This document shows positions 33,953 to 43,150 of a stretch of 64,000 nucleotides of DNA, one piece after another. A program made the translations under genes and the position numbers. The stretch is taken from positions 7,007 to 71,006 of the forward strand of contig JBBIVW010000005.1 of assembly GCA_037439525.1 (NCBI GenBank). The letters are read 5' to 3'. The stretch's first letter is position 1; each line of letters opens with the position of its first letter. This stretch comes from Anaerolineae bacterium. GTDB lineage: Bacteria; Chloroflexota; Anaerolineae; Anaerolineales; UBA4823. The notes below the pieces were generated by a model. The model did not search any database. It was not told the DNA's origin and was given only the letters and a program-made list of their open reading frames with translations.

Positions 33953-35134
33953 TTATTCGCTTGAATTTTGTTCTTGTGAGAGCAGCCTCTCATAAAGCTG
34001 GTCGATTTGCGCAATCATAGTTCGCAAATCGAAATCCTTTCGCACTGAAGCGCGCGCCCTTTCAGCCATTTGCTGGCGCAACGAAGCATTCTCGATGAGT
34101 GTCAGGCAGCTTTGGCTGAGGGCGTTTATATCGTCAGGCGGGCAAAGGTAGCCATTGACACCGTGTTCAACGATATCTGAAATCCCATCGATGCGATGGG
34201 CGACGATGGGTAGCCCCATAGCCAGCGCCTGGGGCAAGACGCGCGGCAAGCCTTCCCATAATGATGTGAGCAGGAAGATGTCCATGGCCGCGAGCATGCG
34301 CGGGACATCGCGCCGCAAGCCTGTGAGCCGGGTTCGATCTTGCAAGCCCAAGTCACGCAGTCGCGCCTCCACCTGGGGGCGTAATGGGCCATCCCCTACC
34401 AGCAGAAAAAATGTCTCTTGGTTTTTGCGGGCGATTTCCGCAGCGGTTTGGATCCAGGTGAGTGGGTTCTTCTGTGCCGAAAAACGGCCGACATTGCCGA
34501 CTACGAGCGTGTGTATTGGGATATCTAATTCCTTTCTGATTGCATCTCTGTGATAACGCCTGACGTCAAATATCTCTAGAGGGATGGCGCTGCGAATGAG
34601 CTGGTATTGGCGCTTTTCTCCTATATGCGCAGCCAGCCCTTTGAACGTATCCTGCTGCGCCACCACGATTAGAGCATGGGTAAAACGTGCCATCCACCGT
34701 TCAAGCAAAATGTAGATGTGTCGCATTACGGGGCTCATGTGTTCATGGAAGCTCCAGCCATGCACGGTATGCACGATGATGGGCACATGGGCAAGCCTGG
34801 CTGCCAGGCGCCCTAAGATGCCGGCTTTGGAACTGTGCGTGTGGACGATATGCACCTGATTCTGACGGAAGAGACGGTAGAGTTGAATTAAAGCGCGCAA
34901 ATCCTTTAGTGGGTGAATCTGACGCACCAGGTCATTCAGCACAAGCAGGTCTATGCCATGCGTGCGTGTTTCTTCAAGAAGGCTGCCCTCGCTGCCCGTT
35001 TGTGCTCCGCTGATCAGGCGGGTTTGATAGCGCTGTTTGTCGAGAAGCGCGCAGGTGTACAGCGTGTTCTCTTGCGCCCCTCCAACGATCATGCGCGTGA
35101 TGACATGATACACGCGGGCAGGCGTTTCAGGCAT
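33953..35134 (-). CDS. Glycosyltransferase family 4 (GT-B)
   Basis: C-terminal sugar-nucleotide motif SLWEGLPRVLPQALAMGLPIVAHRIDGISDIVEHGVNGYL (E-x7-E type). I prefer the ATG at 35134 (GGAG upstream; 8-nt overlap with the upstream stop) over the GTG at 35149. Confidence 0.85.
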   Translation of the reverse strand: MPETPARVYHVITRMIVGGAQENTLYTCALLDKQRYQTRLISGAQTGSEGSLLEETRTHGIDLLVLNDLVRQIHPLKDLRALIQLYRLFRQNQVHIVHTHSSKAGILGRLAARLAHVPIIVHTVHGWSFHEHMSPVMRHIYILLERWMARFTHALIVVAQQDTFKGLAAHIGEKRQYQLIRSAIPLEIFDVRRYHRDAIRKELDIPIHTLVVGNVGRFSAQKNPLTWIQTAAEIARKNQETFFLLVGDGPLRPQVEARLRDLGLQDRTRLTGLRRDVPRMLAAMDIFLLTSLWEGLPRVLPQALAMGLPIVAHRIDGISDIVEHGVNGYLCPPDDINALSQSCLTLIENASLRQQMAERARASVRKDFDLRTMIAQIDQLYERLLSQEQNSSE

Positions 35135-36272
35135 GCTGCTCCATTTCACATGTGGCGCGATAGATTTCTAGAGTCTGGCGAGCGCATTGCTCCCAGGTAA
35201 ATTGCTTGACGCGTTCCTTGCCGCGGGCAATCAGCCATTGGCGCATTGCTCCACCAGGCACGACTTTCAGCAAGGCATGCGCTGCCTGCTCGGGCTCATA
35301 CGGAGAGACGAGGATACCCGCCTCCCCGACGACTTCCGGGATCGCCGTGCAATGGGAAGCGACCACAGGAGTTCCCGCCGCCATGGCTTCGATTAGAGGT
35401 AAGCCAAAGCCTTCATAGGTGGAAAGCAAGACGAAGGCATCTGCCAGGTGATATAAGGAGATCAATGCCTCACCTTCTTGATGGTCAATGAAATGTACGT
35501 GTTGCTCCAGCCCCAATCGCCTGACGTAATCTTCAGGCTCATGATAGTCTGCATATCGTTTCCCAGCGATGACTAGGGAATAATTTTTTTGGCTGAGTTC
35601 CCGGAAGATGCGATAGGCTTCGATGAGCGTGGGGATGTTTTTATGCGGCCGACGTTCTCCCACAAAGAGTAGGAATGGGGGGGAGAGGCGATACTCTTCC
35701 AGCAATTGGGTCCCGCTGTTTCGGCTGAACTGCTGAAACTGATGCCGCTCAACTCCGTGATGGATCACGGTGATTTTTTCTAGGGGGATTTTTGCCCTAG
35801 AATGCACCTCACTTTTGATGAAGTGGGAAACGGCAATCACCCTATCGGCTTTACGCGCGGCCAGTTGGGTCATGCTTTGTACTACTCTCCCTTTGAGCCT
35901 GCTCCAGCCACTTAGCCATTGGGGATGGGTGAAATACAGGAGGTTGTGGATGGTAACGACGAGTTTGCCGGGGTAGTGTAAGGGAATGTTAAAATGAGGC
36001 ACATGTAACACGTCGGCACCTTGTTGCATCAGGCGGGCAGGCATGCCCCAAAGCTGATGCATGCTCTTGTGATTCATCGTGAGCCATTGGACATGGATAT
36101 TATGGAATTTGATTGTCCTGAGGGGGTGATTCGGGGGCAACCCGGCATGAGCCCAGACTTCCACGGTTTCATCGCGGATCGTGGTTTCCAACCCTTGGAT
36201 CAATCCCAACAGATAGCGTCCAATGCCGGTCATTTCGGGAAGGATCAATCGGGCATCAATTACAACGCGCAT
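35127..36272 (-). CDS. Glycosyltransferase family 4 (GT-B)
   Basis: YEGFGLPLIEAMAAGTPVVASHCTAIPEVVGEAGILV. I prefer the start at the ATG at 36272 (MRVVIDARLI...), because the track's longer start would intrude into the divergent promoter region. Confidence 0.85.
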   Translation of the reverse strand: MRVVIDARLILPEMTGIGRYLLGLIQGLETTIRDETVEVWAHAGLPPNHPLRTIKFHNIHVQWLTMNHKSMHQLWGMPARLMQQGADVLHVPHFNIPLHYPGKLVVTIHNLLYFTHPQWLSGWSRLKGRVVQSMTQLAARKADRVIAVSHFIKSEVHSRAKIPLEKITVIHHGVERHQFQQFSRNSGTQLLEEYRLSPPFLLFVGERRPHKNIPTLIEAYRIFRELSQKNYSLVIAGKRYADYHEPEDYVRRLGLEQHVHFIDHQEGEALISLYHLADAFVLLSTYEGFGLPLIEAMAAGTPVVASHCTAIPEVVGEAGILVSPYEPEQAAHALLKVVPGGAMRQWLIARGKERVKQFTWEQCARQTLEIYRATCEMEQHA

Positions 36273-36363
36273 TTTGCATCCTTTTGCGCCATGTTTGGGA
36301 GCCGCTGCCTGGCGAAAGTATAACATCTACACGCGCGTTCAATGCTATACTTACCCCGCTTTT

Positions 36364-37962
36364 ATGGAACAAAATGGAACACCACCTGTACCACAAGATG
36401 CGGCGATGACCTCACCGTCGGGCATGCCTCTTGCCAGCCGTAGTGTCACCTCGATCACCTGGAACATCGTAGCCCAATTTTTCCACCTGCCGGTCAGTTT
36501 TGTTCAAACCGTTTTGCTGGCGCGCCTGTTGCCGGTTGAGTTCTTTGGCATCACCGAGGGGATGACCGCGGTGGGGATGATCAGTTACACGCTGTTTGAA
36601 TTTGGCATGACCGGGGCGTTTTTTCACCGCTCCCCCGAAACCGAGGATGAGAGCAAGGCTGCAGCGGCGTTTTTTACATTGCGACTGATCTTCACCGCCA
36701 TTTGGTCGCTTTTACTCATCGGCGGTAGCCTGCTCTTCTTGACCGAAACACGCCAGATGGTTTTGTTGATTTATGCCACGACCGGGTTCCTTTCAAAAGT
36801 GCTGGATATGCCGCGCCTGATCCTTATGCGCCGCGTGCAACATAAACGCCTGGCGATCATCGATGTGCTCAATGCGGTATTTGTCTTCATTGCTTCTGCC
36901 GCAATTGCCTTATCCACGCGCTCAATTTGGGCGTTGCTCATCTCACCGGTTGTCACGCTGATTTGGAATGTGATGGCCATGTATTTTTGGCGTCCGATCT
37001 GGATGCCACGCCTCTATTGGGATGCCCCAGTGATGCGCTATTTTCTTGACTTTGGAAGCCGATTTGTGTGGGCAAATGCGCTGGGCATCGCTTTGGATCA
37101 TATCGATGACCTATGGACGAACATCTTCTTGGGCGATCGGGCTTTGGGATATTACTCGCGCGCTTATAAGATCGCCATCTATCCGCGCCTGGTGCTGTCG
37201 GCGCCGATCAATTTGGTCGCCATGGGCACATATGCCGAGTTGAAATATGCGCGTGAACGGCTCTCTCAAGCCTTCATGAAAATCAATATCATCATGATTC
37301 GCACCGCCTTCTTGCTTGGTGGGTGGTTGGCGCTGATCGCGCCCTATTTCACCCGCCTGCTCCTGGGAGAACAATGGTTACCTATGGTACCGGCTTATCG
37401 TTTGATGTTGGTGTTCACCCTGTTGGATCCGATCAAGGTGACCATTGGCTCCGTTTTAATTGCCGTAGGAAGACCAGAGAAACTGAGCCTGGCGCGCATA
37501 GTCCAATTTTTCGTGTTGCTCGTTTGCCTGTTCGCATTAGGATTACCGTTCGGTATTCAAGGTGTGGCTTTGGGTGTGGATGTAATGTTGTTCATAGGTA
37601 TGGCGCTTTTGTTACATTTCGTGCGCCAGCATATCGATTTTTCGTTGACCAAGTTGTTCTTCTCCCCTCTGCTTGCCCTGTTGGTTGGGGTCTTATTCAG
37701 CCTGGCATTGAACAGGGTGGATATGCTCTTTGCTTCGGATTTATTGGCTTTGGTGACCCTAAGCGTTAGTTATGTGACCACGTTCCTGGCAGTTCTCATC
37801 ATCGCCGAGGGGCGAATGCTCATGCAAACCGGACGCGAAATTGTGTTGATCCTAGATTTGAAGAATAGACTGATAAAGCTACTTGAAAGGGACGAGATAA
37901 ACAGCTTCTGGAAGGAACCATTGGTGGATTTATTGAATAAGCGAGGTACCCCGCGTGGATAA
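36364..37962 (+). CDS. Wzx-type polysaccharide/oligosaccharide flippase (MOP superfamily)
   Basis: About 12-14 TM helices with a typical polysaccharide-biosynthesis-protein layout (ITWNIVAQFF...LLARLLPVEFFG...YSRAYKIAIYP). I prefer the start at the ATG at 36364 (MEQNGTPP); the track start at 36223 overlaps the divergent GT4 gene. Confidence 0.8.
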   Translation: MEQNGTPPVPQDAAMTSPSGMPLASRSVTSITWNIVAQFFHLPVSFVQTVLLARLLPVEFFGITEGMTAVGMISYTLFEFGMTGAFFHRSPETEDESKAAAAFFTLRLIFTAIWSLLLIGGSLLFLTETRQMVLLIYATTGFLSKVLDMPRLILMRRVQHKRLAIIDVLNAVFVFIASAAIALSTRSIWALLISPVVTLIWNVMAMYFWRPIWMPRLYWDAPVMRYFLDFGSRFVWANALGIALDHIDDLWTNIFLGDRALGYYSRAYKIAIYPRLVLSAPINLVAMGTYAELKYARERLSQAFMKINIIMIRTAFLLGGWLALIAPYFTRLLLGEQWLPMVPAYRLMLVFTLLDPIKVTIGSVLIAVGRPEKLSLARIVQFFVLLVCLFALGLPFGIQGVALGVDVMLFIGMALLLHFVRQHIDFSLTKLFFSPLLALLVGVLFSLALNRVDMLFASDLLALVTLSVSYVTTFLAVLIIAEGRMLMQTGREIVLILDLKNRLIKLLERDEINSFWKEPLVDLLNKRGTPRG

Positions 37963-38007
37963 CAGCCATGGATATGGATGTAAAAACCGATAACGGAAGG
38001 ATGAACG

Positions 38008-38805
38008 ATGATTTCGGTGGTCATCAACACCCTTAACGAAGAGCGTAACATTGAGGCGTGCATCCGCAGTGTACAGAACCTGGCAGATGAGCTCTTGGTG
38101 TGCGATATGTATAGCGATGACCGAACGGTGGAAATCGCTAAAAGCTTCGGCGCGCGGGTGATCTATCACGCACGGACAGGCTTTGTCGAACCTGCCCGCC
38201 ATTTTGCCATCTCGCAAGCCAAAAATGAATGGATTTTGGTTTTAGACGCTGATGAGCGGATGACCGCGCCATTGGCAGAAAAGCTCAAAGAGATCGTCGA
38301 AACACAGAAGGTGCAGGTCGTCTCATTTAGGCGGTTGAACTGGTATTTTGGCGGCTGGATGCGTCATGGGCAGTTTTTTCGTAGTGAGTTTGCCCGCTTT
38401 TTTCGTAAGTCAACGTACCTGGAAAGCTACCGAAAGAGCGAAGAGGATGTGCACCAAAACTTCAAGGCAGTCGCCATGCATCCCAGTATGGTGCGGTTAC
38501 CGGCGGATTATTACATACTGCACATCGCAGCTCACACGATTGAAGCGTATGTCCACAAAACATTAGGGATGTATGCCCGTTTGGAAGCCGAACAGATGTT
38601 TCGAGATGGTGCTCGATTTCGGTTATGGCGTCTCTTTTGGGAACCGGTAAAATCCTTTGGAAAAAATTTTATCTATTTACAAGCTTTTAGGGATGGGATT
38701 CGCGGTTTTGTGTTATCCGTGCTGTATGCGGTCTATCGCTTTAATGTCTGGGCAAACCTTTGGTTGATGGAAGAAAAACCATCGCCGGATGCCCCTCTTA
38801 GTTAG
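38008..38805 (+). CDS. Glycosyltransferase family 2
   Basis: ISVVINTLNEERNIEACIRSV...CDMYSDDRT...LVLDADE (GT-A fold with DxD). Confidence 0.85.
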   Translation: MISVVINTLNEERNIEACIRSVQNLADELLVCDMYSDDRTVEIAKSFGARVIYHARTGFVEPARHFAISQAKNEWILVLDADERMTAPLAEKLKEIVETQKVQVVSFRRLNWYFGGWMRHGQFFRSEFARFFRKSTYLESYRKSEEDVHQNFKAVAMHPSMVRLPADYYILHIAAHTIEAYVHKTLGMYARLEAEQMFRDGARFRLWRLFWEPVKSFGKNFIYLQAFRDGIRGFVLSVLYAVYRFNVWANLWLMEEKPSPDAPLS

Positions 38806-38816
38806 CTGGGGTTCCT

Positions 38817-39764
38817 ATGGCACAGGGTGCACCTTTGGTTTCGATCGTCACGCCGACACTCAACCAGGAGATGTTCCTGGAAGAGACCATCCGTTCGGTA
38901 CTTCAGCAGAGCTATCCGAACATTGAGTACATCATCATTGACGGAGGTTCGTCAGATCGCAGTCTCAAAATCATCCAGCGCTATGCCCCACGCCTGGCTT
39001 ATTGGGAATCGACTAAAGACCGCGGTCAGGCACATGCGATTAACAAGGGACTGATGCGCGCCAAGGGAGAAGTTCTGGGGTGGCTGAACGCCGATGACCT
39101 CTTGCTACCCCAGGCGGTGCAACGTTGTGTGCAAACCTTCCTGGAACATAAAGAAGTGGATGTCGTCTATGGTCATGTGCAGCGCATCGATGCGCGCGGC
39201 CAATTGGTGCCAACTCCTGAACTGCCTAAGGATCGGGTGGTTTTCAATAAACAGTTTGTTTTGGGAGAGTGCTTGGTCAACCAGCCTGGTGCTCTCTGGA
39301 GGCGTACCATCATGGAACAGGCGGGCATACTCGATGAATCTTTGCACTATGTCATGGATTATGAGTTCTGGATTCGCCTGGCGTTGCATGGGGCGAAATT
39401 TTTCCGTGTGCCAGATACATTAGCCTATTTTCGGATCAGCGCGCGTTCTAAGACCGCCACTCAATCTGCCCAGATGGCATTGGAGCACTTGATGGTGCTG
39501 GAGCGCACGCGCAGTGTACCTCACCTTGCCTCGATAACCGGCCTTTCAGAGGCAGAGCTACAGGAACAGGAAAGAAAGACGCGAAGCCTGGTCTGCCTGT
39601 ATGCCTTCTATGGGTTTTTAAAGTCAAAGCGTTACTTGCAGGCCTGGCATTGGTTTCAGCAGGCATTGCGCGCAGATTGGCGTGTGTTGTTCCAGAGGCG
39701 CTGGTTCGATTTAGCCCGCGCCGGGGCGGTGCGACGCCTCTCATCCATGCGCGGGTTGTTATAA
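38817..39764 (+). CDS. Glycosyltransferase family 2
   Basis: VSIVTPTLNQEMFLEETIRSVLQQSYPNIEYIIIDGGSSDRS...GWLNADD. Confidence 0.85.
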   Translation: MAQGAPLVSIVTPTLNQEMFLEETIRSVLQQSYPNIEYIIIDGGSSDRSLKIIQRYAPRLAYWESTKDRGQAHAINKGLMRAKGEVLGWLNADDLLLPQAVQRCVQTFLEHKEVDVVYGHVQRIDARGQLVPTPELPKDRVVFNKQFVLGECLVNQPGALWRRTIMEQAGILDESLHYVMDYEFWIRLALHGAKFFRVPDTLAYFRISARSKTATQSAQMALEHLMVLERTRSVPHLASITGLSEAELQEQERKTRSLVCLYAFYGFLKSKRYLQAWHWFQQALRADWRVLFQRRWFDLARAGAVRRLSSMRGLL

Positions 39765-39803
39765 TATGGTGTATGGCACCAGGGCTGCTCAGCCCAATTT
39801 GGG

Positions 39804-42800
39804 ATGATCAGCACACTTCTCGATGAATATGGATTAAAGCCTTTGGACATAAAACTAAGTCGCCTGGCGGATGGGTTGATCGAGGCTGCGTGGCTGGCTG
39901 CTGTGCTATTAACCCCCGTTTTTTTCAACATCTACTCCAGCCGCATCTTTGAGCCGGACAAAATTGCCCTGTTGCGCTCTTTGGCGTTGGTCATTATCGC
40001 CGCGTGGTTGGTCAAAAGTCTGGGGAAAGGTTCTTTGCGCCTGCCTAGTAAAGAGGAAGTAAAAACCGCGTTTCGCCGTTGGTGGCGCACACCGATTCTT
40101 TTGCCGGTGGGACTCATGCTCTTAGTGGTGTGCCTTTCAACCCTTTTTTCGCTCAATCCACGCGTCAGCTTATTGGGGTCTTATCAAAGGCTACAAGGGG
40201 CATATACCACCCTCTCCTATCTGGTGATTCTTACTGCCATACTGGCTCATCTCCGAAGAAAGGAGCAAATCGATCGCCTGGTGCTGACCATCATCCTCGG
40301 CAGCCTCCCGGTCAGCCTTTATGGGGTGCTGCAACGCTATGGTTTAGATCCGATTCCTTGGGGAGGCAATGTGCAAGAGCGCATTGCCGCCAATATGGGC
40401 AACTCCATTTTTGTGGCTGCATACTTCATCATGGTTTTCCCGCTGACCTTTATGCGCATGGTGGATGCCTTCGAAGCCATGCTTCAAGAAGAGGGATTTT
40501 CCATAGCGCATTTCAGTCGGGCGACGATTTATGTATTCATTGCCTGTTTGCAACTTGCCGCGTTATATTTCACCGGAAGCCGTGGACCGTGGTTGGGTTG
40601 GGGTGCCAGCATGGTGTTTCTGTGGCTGGGCTTCTCTTTGATTTGGAAAAAGCGATGGCTGACGTTCAGCGGCGTGGCCGTTGCCCAACTTGTGGCTGTC
40701 TTTTTGATTTTGCTCAACGTCGCCGGCGGCGCGTTTGAGCAACTACGTGCCAGGCCAGAGTTCCAACGCCTGGGGCAATTGTTGGATGTCGAGAGCCGCA
40801 CCGGAAAGGTGCGTACGCTGATCTGGACCGGGGCTGCAGAACTGGTGATGCCCCATGCGCCTCTTGAATTTCCAGATGGTAGAAAGGATGCGCTCAACGG
40901 CGTTCGATGGATGTTGGGGTATGGTCCGGAGAGCATGTATGTGGCTTATAACCCCTTCTATCCGCCTGAGCTCACCCTGGTGGAGCAGCGCAACGCCTCT
41001 CCCGATCGCTCTCATAATGAAACCTGGGATGTGTTGGTGACCATGGGGTTGCCTGGGTTGATTGCCTATTTGTGGCTTTTTGGCGCGGTGCTGTACTATG
41101 GATTGAAATGGCTTGGTTTGGTGCCGGGTACAGCGCAGCGCAATTTGTTTCTGGGTTTGTATCTGGCAGGAGGCGTCGTAAGCACCGTTGTTTTTCTCCT
41201 ATGGAAGGGCTTACCGTTTCTGGGGGTTGCTCTACCTTTTGGTATGGTGGCAGGAGTCCTGGTTTATCTGCTCATCGTCTCTCTTCAAGGGAGGTACACT
41301 GCGCCTGCTGATGCTGCCTCTCGCATGCGGGCTTATCTGCTCTTGGGTCTTCTGGCAGCGATTGTGGCTCACTTTGTCGAGATCAATTTTGGCATTGCCA
41401 TTGCAGTAACGCGCACGTATTTTTGGATGTACACCGCCCTGCTCATCGTGGTAGGTTATTCTGCTTCGGAAGGTTTTGGTGTATTCACGCCAGGCGTGGA
41501 TTCGCCACAGGAGAGTCCCGCTTCCCAGCCTGTTGAGGCGGGGGGGAGAAGAGTTAAAACCTCCACACGGCGGGTACGGAGTTCCGCTCGACACCGACGG
41601 GGAAGTTCAGCACTAAGACGATGGGAGTTTTCTTCCATTCAAAAATGGAGCACGGAGTTACGCGGCGCTTTGATTTTGGGCTTGTTGCTGGCTACATTAG
41701 GCTTTGACTTCTTCACCACGGCTTCGAAAGCGACCTCTGCATGGGGGATCATCGGGGATTCTCTTTTCAAAATATCGGCTACCGAACAGGCAACGAGGAA
41801 CGGCATTTTTTCGATCATACTTATCACCTGGTTATGTGGGGCGCTTTTATGGGCTTCTGAAGGATGGAGAAGCACTGCTACGAACGCAGGAGAAGCTCGC
41901 CAACGATGGTCGCGCGCTGCAGGTATGGTGGGTATCGGGGCGCTTTCCCTGGCAGGTTTGTTCTGGCTTTGGCATGCCAACCAACTCGCCTGGCTGATTA
42001 AAACCTCGGTCACTAATGTGGCGCAGGTGTTGGAACAGGTTGAACGTTCCCAAGGATTGATCACAGGGTTTTATGTCATGGTGCTCGTCTTCCTATCTGC
42101 CATGGGCATATTAGCGATGGCGGGTGGTTCGGCAAATTCCAAACCAGGAAGCTCTGCCCGCCGGTGGATTGCTTTGGGTTGCGCGCTGATCGTGTGCCTT
42201 CTGGTGGTGTTTAGCAATCTACACGTCATTCAGGCGGATATTGCGTTTAAAACTGCTGAGTTGTTCACCCAACCCAATTCGTGGCCTGTGGCCATTGAAA
42301 TCTATCATCGGGCAATCGACCTGGCACCTAACGAAGATTATTATTACCTGTTTCTTGGGCGCGCGTATCTGGAACACGCTAAGACGTTTGCCGATGAAAC
42401 TGAACGGGATGGTTTCATGGCCGCCTCGGCAAATGACCTGCGTACAGCACAGGAAATCAACCCATTGAACCCCGATCACACCGCCAATCTGGCCAGGTTA
42501 TACAGCCTCTGGGCTTCGTTTACCACCGATGCCGATTTGCGTGAGCAGCGCACTCGGGTTTCGGACGAATATTTCTCCCGCGCCCTGGTGCTCAGCCCGA
42601 GGAACGCGCGCTTGTGGGACGAGTGGGCGTTGCTGTATATCAACCTGAAGCCTCTACCTGAGGAAGCTCAATGGCGGCTCGAGAAGTCATTAGAGATTGA
42701 CCCGTATTATGATTGGAGCTACGCGCTGATGGGGGAGTTATATATGCGCTTTGGAGGCTTGCAGGCTGGGGAAGAATCCGAATTGAGGATGCAAGCACTG

Positions 42801-43124
42801 AACACAGCATTGTCGTACTTTAAGAAAGCCTACGACCTGGCTGGCGAGAACATCTCCATGAAAATGAACTATGCATTGGCCATTGCCAACGTTCAAAACC
42901 AAATCGGGAATACGAATGAAGCCATAGCAACCTTAAGTGAGGCCATTCTCCTGGACCCCACAAACACTGAACGTTGGCGTTTGGAATTCAACATCGCCCG
43001 GCTTTATGCCCAAATCGGAGATCTTCAAAAAGCGCTGGAACACGCTCAAATCGCATTGTCGTTAGCACCCGAAGAGGGAAAAACTGCCATTCAGCAAGAG
43101 ATTACAGATTGGTTGGCGCCTTAG
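39804..43124 (+). CDS. Wzy_C (O-antigen ligase/polymerase-like) polytopic membrane protein with extra TM block and C-terminal TPR array
   Basis: The first ~560 aa are polytopic and carry the Wzy_C-type loop YFTGSRGPWLGWG. A basic Arg/Ser-rich loop follows, then about 6 more TM segments. The C-terminal ~280 aa read as TPR repeats (YHRAIDLAPNEDYYYLFLGRAYLE..., YFSRALVLSPRNARLWDEWALLY..., IARLYAQIGDLQKALEHAQIALSL). Confidence 0.8.
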   Translation: MISTLLDEYGLKPLDIKLSRLADGLIEAAWLAAVLLTPVFFNIYSSRIFEPDKIALLRSLALVIIAAWLVKSLGKGSLRLPSKEEVKTAFRRWWRTPILLPVGLMLLVVCLSTLFSLNPRVSLLGSYQRLQGAYTTLSYLVILTAILAHLRRKEQIDRLVLTIILGSLPVSLYGVLQRYGLDPIPWGGNVQERIAANMGNSIFVAAYFIMVFPLTFMRMVDAFEAMLQEEGFSIAHFSRATIYVFIACLQLAALYFTGSRGPWLGWGASMVFLWLGFSLIWKKRWLTFSGVAVAQLVAVFLILLNVAGGAFEQLRARPEFQRLGQLLDVESRTGKVRTLIWTGAAELVMPHAPLEFPDGRKDALNGVRWMLGYGPESMYVAYNPFYPPELTLVEQRNASPDRSHNETWDVLVTMGLPGLIAYLWLFGAVLYYGLKWLGLVPGTAQRNLFLGLYLAGGVVSTVVFLLWKGLPFLGVALPFGMVAGVLVYLLIVSLQGRYTAPADAASRMRAYLLLGLLAAIVAHFVEINFGIAIAVTRTYFWMYTALLIVVGYSASEGFGVFTPGVDSPQESPASQPVEAGGRRVKTSTRRVRSSARHRRGSSALRRWEFSSIQKWSTELRGALILGLLLATLGFDFFTTASKATSAWGIIGDSLFKISATEQATRNGIFSIILITWLCGALLWASEGWRSTATNAGEARQRWSRAAGMVGIGALSLAGLFWLWHANQLAWLIKTSVTNVAQVLEQVERSQGLITGFYVMVLVFLSAMGILAMAGGSANSKPGSSARRWIALGCALIVCLLVVFSNLHVIQADIAFKTAELFTQPNSWPVAIEIYHRAIDLAPNEDYYYLFLGRAYLEHAKTFADETERDGFMAASANDLRTAQEINPLNPDHTANLARLYSLWASFTTDADLREQRTRVSDEYFSRALVLSPRNARLWDEWALLYINLKPLPEEAQWRLEKSLEIDPYYDWSYALMGELYMRFGGLQAGEESELRMQALNTALSYFKKAYDLAGENISMKMNYALAIANVQNQIGNTNEAIATLSEAILLDPTNTERWRLEFNIARLYAQIGDLQKALEHAQIALSLAPEEGKTAIQQEITDWLAP

Positions 43125-43150
43125 TTGACATCCGCAATTGGGTTTGACGA

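Noticed and set aside
40079-40738. 219-aa + strand alternative-frame ORF inside the Wzy_C-TPR gene
   Set aside because: It is an out-of-frame overlap of a gene whose own frame gives coherent TM helices. The alternative frame is Arg/His/Gly-rich and has no motifs.
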